From assembly GCA_963662285.2 (NCBI GenBank), contig CAXXMV010000001.1, positions 928,001 through 992,000 on the forward strand: a DNA stretch of 64,000 nucleotides, written 5' to 3'. Each line of letters begins with the position of its first letter. Within the stretch, counting starts at the first letter, position 1. Position numbers and translations under genes: made by a program. The notes under the pieces are model-generated. The model was not told the origin of the DNA, did no database searches, and worked only from the letters and a program-made list of their open reading frames with translations. The stretch is from a bacterium. Its GTDB lineage: Bacteria; Hinthialibacterota; Hinthialibacteria; Hinthialibacterales; Hinthialibacteraceae. This document shows, one piece after another, positions 39,953 through 50,102 of this stretch.

Positions 39953-40636
39953 ATGAATTTACGTTATTTAAGAATTGCGATACTGATCATCGGAGTTGTC
40001 GGTTTAACCACTTTTGTCATGACTGACATTTCATCCGCATCGGAAAAAGAAGGGATTCAGAACTTAAAATCCCCCGAAGATATCCAGAAATTCAGAGAGA
40101 ATTATATCAAAGATTTCCATCGCACCGGACTCAACACAACTCCCGGCGATGCACGCTTCCTGCGCATTACGGTTGCCAGCGCAAAGTGCAAACGCGGCAT
40201 CGAAGTGGGAACCGCTACCGGCTATGGCGCCATACTAATGGGTATGGCCTTCGAACGTAACGGCGGCGAACTGATCACCATTGATATCGACCATAAAATG
40301 GTGGTTGCAGCAGAACAGCACATCAAAAATATGGGGCTTGAGAAAACTGTCAAAGTAATCGAAAACGACGCCTTAAAAGCAATACCCGAACTTAAAGGCA
40401 AATTCGATTTCATGTTCATCGATGCCCTGAAACAGGATTATTTCAAATATTTCAAAGCCGCCCTACCGCTGCTGACTCCAGAAGCGATCATCATCGCGGA
40501 CAATGTAATAGTATCTGAAAAACAGATGAAGGATTTCCTCGATTTCATGGAAAGCAATCCTGACTACGATATGCAGATCATCCGTTGTTCATTAGAAAAA
40601 GGCGACGGCATGGCAGTGATATATAAGATGAAATAA
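39953..40636 (+). CDS. Class I SAM-dependent O-methyltransferase with N-terminal signal/TM segment
   Basis: IEVGTATGYG, FDFMFIDALK, IIADNV; ATG 39953 after GGAGG. Confidence 0.88.
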   Translation: MNLRYLRIAILIIGVVGLTTFVMTDISSASEKEGIQNLKSPEDIQKFRENYIKDFHRTGLNTTPGDARFLRITVASAKCKRGIEVGTATGYGAILMGMAFERNGGELITIDIDHKMVVAAEQHIKNMGLEKTVKVIENDALKAIPELKGKFDFMFIDALKQDYFKYFKAALPLLTPEAIIIADNVIVSEKQMKDFLDFMESNPDYDMQIIRCSLEKGDGMAVIYKMK

Positions 40637-40657
40637 AGTATGTTTTCACAGAGAATT

Positions 40658-40694
40658 AAAAGGGGCGCATGATAAATCAAGCGCCCCTTTTTTT
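40658..40694. terminator. Bidirectional intrinsic terminator
   Basis: AAAAGGGGCGC...GCGCCCCTTTTTTT between convergent genes. Confidence 0.8.
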
Positions 40695-40718
40695 GTTCAA
40701 TATTATAAGATCAAGAAT

Positions 40719-41918
40719 TTATTTCCTGATCATGCTCTCTATTTTGGTTGGCAGACCAAACAGGCGAATAAAGCCTTCAGCATCCGCTTGATCATATACT
40801 TTGTCTTCGCTGAAGGTGGCGTATTCTTGGCTGTAAAGCGAGTGGGGAGATTTACGCCCAGCCGAAACGCAATTGCCTTTATATAATTTAAAACGAACCG
40901 TCCCAGTGACGTATTGTTCGGTTTGTGCAAAGAACGCATCCAACGAATGACGCAAGGTAGTAAACCATTGACCGTTATAAACCAGTTCGGCGTAACGTTC
41001 AGCGAGCAGATTACGATAATGCAGCGTGTCGCGGTCACAGGTCAGCGTCAGTAGATCGCGGTGAGCATTGATCAACAGCGTGCCGCCCGGAGTCTCATAG
41101 ACGCCGCGTGATTTCATTCCCACCAAACGGTTCTCAACCAGATCAACCCGGCCCACGCCATGCTTACCGCCAATGGCATTGAGCGTCGCCATTATCTCGA
41201 TAGCGCCCATCTCTTTGCCGTTAACCGAAACAGGAAGGCCTTTTTCAAAACCTAGTTCAACATATTCAGGTTCATCCGGCGCATCTTCCGGATTGGTCGA
41301 AAGAATAAACATATCGGCGGGAGGTTCGTTCCACGGATCTTCCAGAACGCCGCCCTCAAAAGATAGATGCCAGAAATTCCGGTCCATTGAATACGGTTTC
41401 GCGGCAGTGACCGGAACCGGGATATTATGCTTTTCGGCATACTCAACCGCATCCTCGCGCGAACGGATATCCCACTCACGCCACGGAGCAATAACTTTCA
41501 AGTCTGGCGCCAGCGACTGGTAAGCCAACTCGAAGCGCACCTGATCGTTGCCTTTACCGGTAGCGCCATGAGAAACCGCATCCGCCCCTACTTTGCGGGC
41601 TACTTCTACCTGCGCTTTGGCAATCAATGGACGCGCGATTGAGGTTCCAAGTAAGTACTGACGCTCATAAATGGCGCCGGATTTCAACATTGGATAACAG
41701 AAATCACGCAGGAACTCTTCGCGCAAATCTTCAATGTATATTTCTGATGCGCCGGACTTCAGCGCTTTCTCGCGTACCGGTTCCAACTCTTCACCTTGAC
41801 CGATATCTGCTGCGAAGGCAATAACTTCGCAATCATAATTTTCAATCAACCACGGGATAATGACGGAGGTGTCTAATCCACCTGAATAGGCCAGGACTAC
41901 TTTTTTAGCTTTACTCAT
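40719..41918 (-). CDS. argG: Argininosuccinate synthase
   Basis: [40 protein letters not shown]. Confidence 0.97.
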   Translation of the reverse strand: MSKAKKVVLAYSGGLDTSVIIPWLIENYDCEVIAFAADIGQGEELEPVREKALKSGASEIYIEDLREEFLRDFCYPMLKSGAIYERQYLLGTSIARPLIAKAQVEVARKVGADAVSHGATGKGNDQVRFELAYQSLAPDLKVIAPWREWDIRSREDAVEYAEKHNIPVPVTAAKPYSMDRNFWHLSFEGGVLEDPWNEPPADMFILSTNPEDAPDEPEYVELGFEKGLPVSVNGKEMGAIEIMATLNAIGGKHGVGRVDLVENRLVGMKSRGVYETPGGTLLINAHRDLLTLTCDRDTLHYRNLLAERYAELVYNGQWFTTLRHSLDAFFAQTEQYVTGTVRFKLYKGNCVSAGRKSPHSLYSQEYATFSEDKVYDQADAEGFIRLFGLPTKIESMIRK

Positions 41919-42291
41919 CGCACTTCTCCAGATTTATAGTATTTCTTACTTTATACCGGTACGCATCCACAATCGAATAAATGTAAACAACGATACTGGC
42001 TATAAACAAAACGACTAAATGAATCCATTCATCATTCAGCAATTGCAGCGATTGAGTGGCGTTGTCCAAATTTCCTGACGCAATATTTAGATAATATCTA
42101 AGCATAGCATTAGTAATTGGAACCAACACCGCAGAGGTAGCAGATAGAAAGAGCAGAATAATAACGATTGCCTTAACCCACTGCCGATTCAATAACTGTC
42201 CGGCGCCGGGAAGAACCAGAGCGGAAAGCAGCGCCGCTTTCATGGCGTCTCCACGTTGAGATTTCCCGGAAGCCTGCGTTTTATTTTCCAA
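41911..42291 (-). CDS. Small membrane protein (SxxxPGxGQ motif, DUF5683/TM2-like)
   Basis: [22 protein letters not shown]; TM segments. Confidence 0.7.
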   Translation of the reverse strand: MENKTQASGKSQRGDAMKAALLSALVLPGAGQLLNRQWVKAIVIILLFLSATSAVLVPITNAMLRYYLNIASGNLDNATQSLQLLNDEWIHLVVLFIASIVVYIYSIVDAYRYKVRNTINLEKCDE

Positions 42292-42479
42292 AACGTATTC
42301 CTTAATTAATTTTTAAAATTATCAATTCAAAGCCGCCAACATCTCCGGGCGTATTCACTCCGACTTGATGAATGGCTCGATAATCAAATGCTTCATCGAT
42401 ATATTGTATGATAATAACAATCTTAAGCATGAGTAAGTTCTACAGATATTATTGCCTCAGAGGATTAATACCATTCGCT

Positions 42480-43949
42480 TTAGCCATTATCCGCCGAACG
42501 CGCTTCCAGGTCATGGTGACGTTCAAATACTTTAACTTCATCTCCCCCCGATAGATATTTCAAAACTTTCGGAGGATCGCTTTTACTGATGGGATAAACC
42601 CGGAAATCATAGATATGTCCGCACTCAGCGCCATCATAAAACTCAGGCTTCATTACCGGCGCCAACTGAGGTTCACCGGATTTCCATCGGTATGTTTTAC
42701 TGGTTCCGGGATATGTTCGTCCCAGATACCTATGCTTATTTTCATCATCGCGCCTAACATAAACATGATATTCACGCACTATATCCTCATCGTAATCCCA
42801 ACTAATTTCCAGGTCTCTGGCTTCTGGATTAGCGGCAGTACATTGAACATATCTTTTTGCTCGATTATCAATGGATTCTCCATTCACCATATCCCAGACA
42901 GCCATAGAAAAAACCTGCGCCTTGTAATTGTTTCCCATGGCATTCAAATGCACCAGATCAAGAAACCATTCCGGTTTATTCTTCATTAACAGATCAGTCT
43001 CAACAACTTGCACTCCCAATTGCTCAGCGACTGACCTGGTAACACGGTTGCACTCTTGAATTCTAACTTGATCAAACGAATTATTATGTTTTCTGTTATA
43101 AGCCATTGGCGCTGCAATTAACTGCCCGCCATTGCTTTGCACCATCGTTGATAGCATACGTAAATTATGTTCGTAGGGTAACAGAGATTCCGGGTCTAAT
43201 TTCCGCTTAAGATCTTTCAGAGGTACACGCCTCACAGTTGAATTAGAAATATCAAAGTGAGATATGCCTAAACGCTGCATACAAAAGACGCCCAACCAAC
43301 TACGGGCGATAATTCTTGACATAAATCTCGGCATTCCAGACTCCCGCCATGCTATACGGAAATGTGAATAATCAGGCTTGAAATCCGGCCATATCCGGGG
43401 CGGTCCATCATTGACGCCATGATGTACAATCACCACATCTGGAGCAAACGCAGCAACGCGAATCATATAATTGATAGTCGATTCCATCAGCGTCCAGGCG
43501 TCGCAGCCAAAATCCATAACCTCGAACCGCTTATCTCCAGGCCATCGATTTAGCAATTTGGCCAAAGCCGCCGGATATTGATTCATAGTGGTCGAACCGC
43601 CCAGGCAGGCGACTCGAATAACATCCGGCGGTTTTATATAAGAGAATTCGTCCTTACCTATCCGAATGCCATTATCCTTATAACGGATTTTCGTAGGAGC
43701 ATAAGATAAATAGGGATGCGCTTCAAAACGCAACCGCGTATCATCCTTTGCAACCGCCTGAGTAAACTTGTATATCGCTTGAGCATTTTGCGGTCGCCAG
43801 GATCGAATAATTATCCTAAAACCAATTTCCAAAACCATACATACAACAAGAACAGTAACTACTAAAAGTATAGTGTTTATAAATAGGGGATGTCGCTTGC
43901 TGAATGCTCTCAAAAAATGAATCATCTTGTTGCCCATACTCATTGCCAT
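42480..43949 (-). CDS. Membrane-anchored SGNH/GDSL hydrolase with C-terminal Fn3-like domain (paralog B)
   Basis: ACLGGSTT, HHGVND, DLVH; N-terminal TM; exact start uncertain. Confidence 0.8.
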   Translation of the reverse strand: MAMSMGNKMIHFLRAFSKRHPLFINTILLVVTVLVVCMVLEIGFRIIIRSWRPQNAQAIYKFTQAVAKDDTRLRFEAHPYLSYAPTKIRYKDNGIRIGKDEFSYIKPPDVIRVACLGGSTTMNQYPAALAKLLNRWPGDKRFEVMDFGCDAWTLMESTINYMIRVAAFAPDVVIVHHGVNDGPPRIWPDFKPDYSHFRIAWRESGMPRFMSRIIARSWLGVFCMQRLGISHFDISNSTVRRVPLKDLKRKLDPESLLPYEHNLRMLSTMVQSNGGQLIAAPMAYNRKHNNSFDQVRIQECNRVTRSVAEQLGVQVVETDLLMKNKPEWFLDLVHLNAMGNNYKAQVFSMAVWDMVNGESIDNRAKRYVQCTAANPEARDLEISWDYDEDIVREYHVYVRRDDENKHRYLGRTYPGTSKTYRWKSGEPQLAPVMKPEFYDGAECGHIYDFRVYPISKSDPPKVLKYLSGGDEVKVFERHHDLEARSADNG

Positions 43950-45367
43950 GGACGCTCCAGCGTCTTAACCTCGTGCTTCGATGTCAGATGCCCGATAACT
44001 TTATGTGGATACTCATTGCTGATAGCGACTACTTTGAAATAATAGTCATGGCCGAACTGAGGACCTTCAACGAATTGCTCATCCAGAGAATAAGATAGTT
44101 GCGGCGCACCACTTTTCCACCGGAATGATTGCTCATTACCCGATGGAGTACGTCCCAGAACCTTAAATTCTTTCTCTTTTTCTTTACGAACCGAAATTAT
44201 AAATTCTTTGGTTTTAGCGGCATCGAATTCCCATTGTATTTCCAGGTCGCGCCCTAGGGGAGCAGCGGTCTCTTCACAGCCAAAAATCTTTATTGGAGAA
44301 ATTTCTTCTTTTTCAGGATAAAGCCCCAGCATATCCCAAATCACCATAGCATATACTTGCGCTTTAAGAAAATCACCATTCTCTTTTACATGAACCCAAT
44401 CGGCGAACCAATCAGTGTGCTGCTGCATCAACGCATCAGTTTCAGCAATAGGCAAATCACGTTCTCTAGCCAGCATCCGGGAACATTGATTAAACTCATG
44501 AATCATCTGCTGGATGGCAGGCTTGCCTCTTTTCCTATAATAAGGCATTGGCGCTACCAATAACTTGGCATCGATAGATTGCGCCATAACGGCTAGATGC
44601 CGCAGATTTTGTTTTATGGTTTCTATCGATCCCGGAGCCGGATCGCCATGGATTTGGTCTTGCTGCACCCGATTTATTACTAGGTTCTGCACTTCAAAGG
44701 CCGACAGGCCGCTACGCCACATCAGGTATGACGCCATCCAACTGCCGGACAGCACTCTACGGGTAAAAAATCCCAACCGGGGATTATTCCATGATTTGCG
44801 GAAATGAGAATAATCAGGTTTGTAATTAGGCCACTGACGCGGTGGGCTTTCATTGGCGGCATGATGCAAAAGAACAATATCAGGCTGAAACGCGCTAACA
44901 CGAATAAGAAAATTAATGGTGGATTCCATCAGAGTCCACCCGTTGCACCCGAAATCCATCACTTCAAATTTCAGGTTCCCCGGTCGACGGTTTAACACCC
45001 TTTGCAGATGAGCCGGGTATTTCCGCATAGTAGTCGAACCACCCAGACAAGCGATTCGCACTACATCAGGAGACTTTTTATTAGAGAAAAACTGTTCGCG
45101 AATCCACAGGCCGCCATCATCATATTTGATTTCGCTTGGAGCATAGGATAGATAAGGATGCGATACAAATTTCAGTTCTGTATCATCAAGCGACGACCAT
45201 TTCCCAAACTTTGTAATAACCCGCGCCACGCCCGGCTGTTGCGATTGCAAATAAACGCGGAAAACGACCTCCATTACAGTAAACACAAAGGTTAATGATA
45301 ATAACACCAAGACACAATTAACGATTTTAGGATGCCGGTGGATAAAAACACGCAATAAGCGAATCAT
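43940..45367 (-). CDS. Membrane-anchored SGNH/GDSL hydrolase with C-terminal Fn3-like domain (paralog A)
   Basis: ACLGGSTT, HHAANE, DWVH; ATG 45367 (MIRLLRVF) aligns with paralog MIHFLRAF; the longer ORF start runs through a REP. Confidence 0.8.
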   Translation of the reverse strand: MIRLLRVFIHRHPKIVNCVLVLLSLTFVFTVMEVVFRVYLQSQQPGVARVITKFGKWSSLDDTELKFVSHPYLSYAPSEIKYDDGGLWIREQFFSNKKSPDVVRIACLGGSTTMRKYPAHLQRVLNRRPGNLKFEVMDFGCNGWTLMESTINFLIRVSAFQPDIVLLHHAANESPPRQWPNYKPDYSHFRKSWNNPRLGFFTRRVLSGSWMASYLMWRSGLSAFEVQNLVINRVQQDQIHGDPAPGSIETIKQNLRHLAVMAQSIDAKLLVAPMPYYRKRGKPAIQQMIHEFNQCSRMLARERDLPIAETDALMQQHTDWFADWVHVKENGDFLKAQVYAMVIWDMLGLYPEKEEISPIKIFGCEETAAPLGRDLEIQWEFDAAKTKEFIISVRKEKEKEFKVLGRTPSGNEQSFRWKSGAPQLSYSLDEQFVEGPQFGHDYYFKVVAISNEYPHKVIGHLTSKHEVKTLERPWQ

Positions 45368-45372
45368 ACCAT

Positions 45373-45398
45373 GTAGGGCGCGCCCCTTGTGGGCGCCC
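45373..45398 (+). repeat. GTAG-type REP
   Basis: GTAGGGCGCGCCCCTTGTGGGCGCCC. Confidence 0.75.
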
Positions 45399-45423
45399 TT
45401 TCTCATCAAAGCAGTAGGATGAA

Positions 45424-45472
45424 AAGGGCAGAAATTTTTCTGCCCTTGATTGAGTTCACTTCTTTTATTTCT
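45424..45472 (+). repeat. AAGGGCAG-palindrome repeat (second REP-like family)
   Basis: AAGGGCAGAAATTTTTCTGCCCTTGATTGAGTTCACTTC similar to 54661-54708. Confidence 0.65.
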
Positions 45473-45492
45473 ATATGACTAAATCCATCAAT

Positions 45493-46884
45493 TTACTCTT
45501 TATCCACAAATATCTTCCCAGGATTCATCAAACCTTCAGGATCAAATATATGCTTAATTCGTTTCATAACCTTAAGACCCGTCTCGCCCACCATCATGGG
45601 AAGATACTTGCTCTTGACGCAACCTACGCCATGTTCTCCGGTTACCGTTCCACCAAGGGAAATTGCCTTCTTAAATACTTCCTCAAAAGCCTGATGAACC
45701 CGTTCCATCTCTTCGGTATCACGTTCATCAGTTAAACAGGTTGGATGCAAGTTGCCGTCGCCGGCATGACCGAAAACGCCGATATCAAGATTATATTTAT
45801 CACGCATCTCTTCGATGAACGCCAGCATTTCGGGAACCTTGCTGCGCGGCACGGTGGCGTCTTCTAGAATGGTGGTTGGCTTACGCCGGGCCAGAGCAGC
45901 TAATGCCACCCTTCGCGCCTGTGCCAGGTTATCTGCTTCTTCTTTAGTTTGGGCGACTTTTATCTCTGTAGCATTATTTTCTCTACAGACCGATTCGATT
46001 TTTTCCGCCTCTTCTTCAACCTGCGCAGGGTAGCCATCAGTTTGAATCAGCAATAGAGCAGCAGCGTCACGCGGCAGTCCGATTTTGGAATAATCCTCCA
46101 CGCAATTGATGGTGACATTATCCAAAAACTCCAGCGTACATGGAATAATCTTGTTGGCGATAATGCCTGCAACCGCTTTACCTGCCGAAACCATATCCGG
46201 GAAATAAGCCAACAACGTCTTACTGGCCTGGGGAGGTGGAACTAGCCGCAGAAGAACTTTGGTCAGAATTCCCAAAGTCCCCTCAGAACTGATCAGCATT
46301 TTTTTCAAATTATAGCCCGCAACATCTTTTTTCGATTTATTGCCCGTCCAAAAGACCTCGCCATCGGGAAGCACAATTTCCATCCCCAAAACATAATCTT
46401 CGGTTACGCCATATTTCAAGCATCTTAATCCACCTGAATTCTCAACCACGTTTCCGCCGATTGTGGATATCTTCATCGACCCTGGATCGGGAGGATAGAA
46501 TAACCCTCGGCTGGCCACGGCATCCGCCAGCGTCATGGTAATCACGCCCGCTTCGGCCAGCACCGTTAGGTTTTCTTCATCGATCTCTAAAATATTATCC
46601 ATCCGTACCGTACTGATAACGATGCCGCCCTGTATGGGCACGCTGCCGCCGGACAGACCTGTTCCAGATCCACGGGGAACTACGGGAACTTTATTTTTAT
46701 AAGACCACCGCAGCACTTCTGAAATTTCATCAGTGCTTATTGGTTGAATAATGACCGCAGGGGCGCCGCTTAGATTGGGCGTCCCATCATAAGCATAGGT
46801 TATAAGGTCTTCCTGTTCGGAAAGGACGCGCTCTGGATCGATAATCTGTTTCATGGCGTCGATTATTTCCGTATTGGTTGGCAT
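45493..46884 (-). CDS. glcD: FAD-linked oxidase, glycolate oxidase GlcD family
   Basis: PRGSGTGLSGG, YPPDPGS, STIGGN, GHAGDGNLHP, TGEHGVG, MNPGKIF. Confidence 0.85.
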   Translation of the reverse strand: MPTNTEIIDAMKQIIDPERVLSEQEDLITYAYDGTPNLSGAPAVIIQPISTDEISEVLRWSYKNKVPVVPRGSGTGLSGGSVPIQGGIVISTVRMDNILEIDEENLTVLAEAGVITMTLADAVASRGLFYPPDPGSMKISTIGGNVVENSGGLRCLKYGVTEDYVLGMEIVLPDGEVFWTGNKSKKDVAGYNLKKMLISSEGTLGILTKVLLRLVPPPQASKTLLAYFPDMVSAGKAVAGIIANKIIPCTLEFLDNVTINCVEDYSKIGLPRDAAALLLIQTDGYPAQVEEEAEKIESVCRENNATEIKVAQTKEEADNLAQARRVALAALARRKPTTILEDATVPRSKVPEMLAFIEEMRDKYNLDIGVFGHAGDGNLHPTCLTDERDTEEMERVHQAFEEVFKKAISLGGTVTGEHGVGCVKSKYLPMMVGETGLKVMKRIKHIFDPEGLMNPGKIFVDKE

Positions 46885-46988
46885 TACTGTCTCCTTATAT
46901 AAAAAATCCGTAAAATTCTAATTGCATTTTCTACTAATACATTTTCTGCTAATACTCTGACCAAATAATAATGTCGGGCAGCCCAAGT

Positions 46989-47022
46989 CCCCTCTCCCTC
47001 CGGGAGAGGGCTATGGTGAGGG
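46989..47022 (+). repeat. CCCTCTCCC/GGGAGAGGG-type palindromic repeat (third family)
   Basis: CCCCTCTCCCTCCGGGAGAGGGCTATGGTGAGGG. Confidence 0.7.
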
Positions 47023-47201
47023 ATAATTACAGAACACTACCGAACAAAAGAAACTGATCGTACTACTAGATCAATCCTCTAAATAAAAAGGATTGCTTAT
47101 AACTGATACAGAATTATTGTATCACGAAAATTTGCTACTCAGAAGCAACTACAGGCAGGCAATTCAAACGAATATTTCAAATCAAAATAATGGCCGCCAA
47201 T

Positions 47202-49916
47202 CTAACGGAGAGGGATAGATTCAAGAATGGATATTTCACTCCAACGTTTCCCTTTTTTCTTATACTTGACTCTATATCCGGGGCAATCGAAACCAAGTAT
47301 TTCCGGTGCGTAAAAAACGCCTTTCACCGGGGGAGGAGATAAAGTATTAAGACTACGCTTACACCAGGCTACCGTCATGGGCGCTCCTTTGATATTTACT
47401 AACTCCAGAAATTGCTTTTGGGTGGGAGAAAACTTGCATCGCAGATAAGTTCCATTCACCATCAGATAAAAAAGCCCCTTCATGCTCCGGTCTTGAATGG
47501 CAATCACCAGGTCTGCATCGCTTTCAACAAAGGAATTCTTGATCTCATCCCCGGTATTCACCGCAATCAATTCAATGCCCTGTTTCCATTCGATGACCCG
47601 CAATCCCTCAAGAGGAAACATGGCGAACTTCACTTCAAACATCTCGCGGGCTGATTGCTCTTCTGCACAGAGATAAAAAAACGGTTTATCCGGATCAGCA
47701 ATTTCTAATTCAAATATCTTCCCTAATTCACCGCTTGATACACGTGATAATTTAGTTGCATCAGGGGAAAATAGCATATTTAAGACGCCTGTCTTGGATT
47801 GTGATGATCCTCCACCCGAACGGGCTGTATGACGCTCCATCTTAAATGAGGCTAGATTCATTTGACGATCAGGCATGTCTTCTTCAGAGGGAAGGATTCG
47901 ATATAAACCGGCAACATCATCACTCGGAAAAACGCGTCCTTCATAAGGTACAGATGCAACAATATTACGCACTCGCTTGGCAGGCGTGGCCGCATCGGGA
48001 AAATGAGCAACTACGGTGTATCCGCTTCCTATGCCGCCGAAATGACGACGCGCCACTAATGTACGGCCCACTGTGGCGCCGGTTTCCCAGCAGGAAAACA
48101 GCGATGTAACCAAAGGAGTCGCCGAGTTCACCAGATTCTTTGCAGATCCAGAGAAATCCACTTCAACATCCAGCGTTGCAGACTCGACATCAGTACTGGA
48201 TGGAATCTCGTGGAACCATCGCCATTGGCTGGCGCCTTCTGAAAGCAGAAAACTCTCATGGTCAATGGCGTAAGTAGGCATTACCAAAGTCTGATCAGCA
48301 ATTTGACATGCCAATAAATAATGCTCCCGTGGATTCTGCGCAGCAAGCATTGTTATATTAATATTGGGATACTCAATCAGATGATGCGACCGCTCTGTGT
48401 TCGATCCTGTCAAAGGAAATTCTGTATAATAGACAAACGTATAAGGATGCGAATCGCTGCCTAATGCGAATTGCTCCCATTGTTCTCCTGCTTGGGACTC
48501 AGGATTATCACGTTCGGCAAGTAAATAGAATCCCCCCCATACTACAGGTAAAACCAAATCAGGTGGAATCCATCCGGCATTGGCGTTAGAAGGAGTAATT
48601 TCATCCTCAAATGTAACTTCTGCTGGCTTGCGGGGATACCCATATTGTTCTAATTGTTCCCGTAAACTCAGTTTTCTTCCTCCATCCTGTATTATGTTGA
48701 CATCCAATGGACGAAACGATTTAGGCAATTTCAAAGATCCATCGCCGGAAGAATCTTTCTTATTCTTTTGAAATGGTTGAAACTCAAGTACTGAGTCGCC
48801 GCTATCTTCATACATCGATTGATCAATAACCCGGAAGATACTCTCTGAACGGGGAATCCAGGCATCATGCAATGATTTTGGCAGGAATGGATGTATGACG
48901 CCCACTCCATTAGGTATACGGTGCGTCTCAAAGGCATCCACTATCCGGCCATACACATCTTTTTGCATCCTATATGGATACCCCAATCGCCTTAAACTCT
49001 CACACCATGGGATTGTTATAAGAAACAGCGATTCCAATTCCTCTATTTCCATTGAATAGTGTGGAGAATTTTCGATCACAGAGAGGAATCCACTATAGGT
49101 ATAGGTAATGGCAAGATATAAATCAGGCAGAAATGATTGCGCGGAAAACCGCTTTTCCTTCTCCCATTCATGTGGATAAATTGATATACATAACAGAGTC
49201 GATAAACCCAACGCACTACCGCGTGCAATCCGGTTTTCCACCGTGAATGTCTCAGGGGCAACTAACGAGCAGTCTTCAACAAGTTGCTTCCGCATCTGAT
49301 TAAGACGATTGTTTATTGAATGTCTTTCCCGCGTGTCAAATCTGGCATAAACCATGTCGTACATCAAGGATGCCAAAGAGAGCATTCGCACATCTCTTTC
49401 GCTGAACGCAGAACCGGCATTTTCAGTTGTTTTACTCTGTACTGAAGGTTGAATCTCATCCAACAAACGCTCTAATTCACGCTTAAGCCCATTATTAACC
49501 CATCCTTCTTTACGGATGCCGGCATAAGCCATTACTTCACACAGCACTTTTTCATAAAATCGAAAATCCTTGTCAGTCAATTGGCCTGGATGAAAATTCT
49601 CGCTTTCACCCAAAGGTCCATCGCCCAAATACCAGCGTGACTTGGAATTAAAATAACCCATAATACGCTGTTCAAATTCGTCGCTGCGATCTTGAAACAT
49701 ATCACGGTGCAACAGACTCCGCGCATCGCTGAACTGATCACGGGAAGCCATTAAAAATGGGTGGTTCTCTTTTTCGATTCGCTCAATAATACGCCCGGGA
49801 ACAGGAGGCAGCGTCTTTGAGTCAACCTCTTCTGAATAACCAACCGCCGCAGAGATCACAACCAATATAAAAACAATTTGAATTAAGATTATTTTCCGAA
49901 TCATCCGTTTTTCCAC
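47202..49916 (-). CDS. Large secreted hypothetical protein, remotely heparinase II/III / alginate-lyase-like
   Basis: Signal peptide; HPFLMA, LMYDMVY..F...ER..I and DHESFLL echo DUF4962/Hepar_II_III motifs; family call tentative. Confidence 0.55.
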   Translation of the reverse strand: MEKRMIRKIILIQIVFILVVISAAVGYSEEVDSKTLPPVPGRIIERIEKENHPFLMASRDQFSDARSLLHRDMFQDRSDEFEQRIMGYFNSKSRWYLGDGPLGESENFHPGQLTDKDFRFYEKVLCEVMAYAGIRKEGWVNNGLKRELERLLDEIQPSVQSKTTENAGSAFSERDVRMLSLASLMYDMVYARFDTRERHSINNRLNQMRKQLVEDCSLVAPETFTVENRIARGSALGLSTLLCISIYPHEWEKEKRFSAQSFLPDLYLAITYTYSGFLSVIENSPHYSMEIEELESLFLITIPWCESLRRLGYPYRMQKDVYGRIVDAFETHRIPNGVGVIHPFLPKSLHDAWIPRSESIFRVIDQSMYEDSGDSVLEFQPFQKNKKDSSGDGSLKLPKSFRPLDVNIIQDGGRKLSLREQLEQYGYPRKPAEVTFEDEITPSNANAGWIPPDLVLPVVWGGFYLLAERDNPESQAGEQWEQFALGSDSHPYTFVYYTEFPLTGSNTERSHHLIEYPNINITMLAAQNPREHYLLACQIADQTLVMPTYAIDHESFLLSEGASQWRWFHEIPSSTDVESATLDVEVDFSGSAKNLVNSATPLVTSLFSCWETGATVGRTLVARRHFGGIGSGYTVVAHFPDAATPAKRVRNIVASVPYEGRVFPSDDVAGLYRILPSEEDMPDRQMNLASFKMERHTARSGGGSSQSKTGVLNMLFSPDATKLSRVSSGELGKIFELEIADPDKPFFYLCAEEQSAREMFEVKFAMFPLEGLRVIEWKQGIELIAVNTGDEIKNSFVESDADLVIAIQDRSMKGLFYLMVNGTYLRCKFSPTQKQFLELVNIKGAPMTVAWCKRSLNTLSPPPVKGVFYAPEILGFDCPGYRVKYKKKGKRWSEISILESIPLR

Positions 49917-49927
49917 TATCCAAACAA

Positions 49928-49985
49928 ATAGGGCGCGCCCCTCGTGGGCGCCCTCGTTTCAAACAAACGCCCCTCGTGGGCGCCC
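49928..49985 (+). repeat. REP plus partial tandem duplicate
   Basis: ATAGGGCGCGCCCCTCGTGGGCGCCC then CAAACAAA-CGCCCCTCGTGGGCGCCC. Confidence 0.75.
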
Positions 49986-50102
49986 TGTCTTATAATCGCG
50001 CCCGATACCAATAAAATACCCGTTTTTCATTATTTTACATGTGGTATACTCAAGATGTTAACACAAAACGCCCGGATCGGCAGAAGAAGAGGAGCACGAC
50101 CA

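Noticed and set aside
49944-50102. Long N-terminal extension of Pcm
   Set aside because: It begins inside REP repeats; ATG 50103 has a good RBS.
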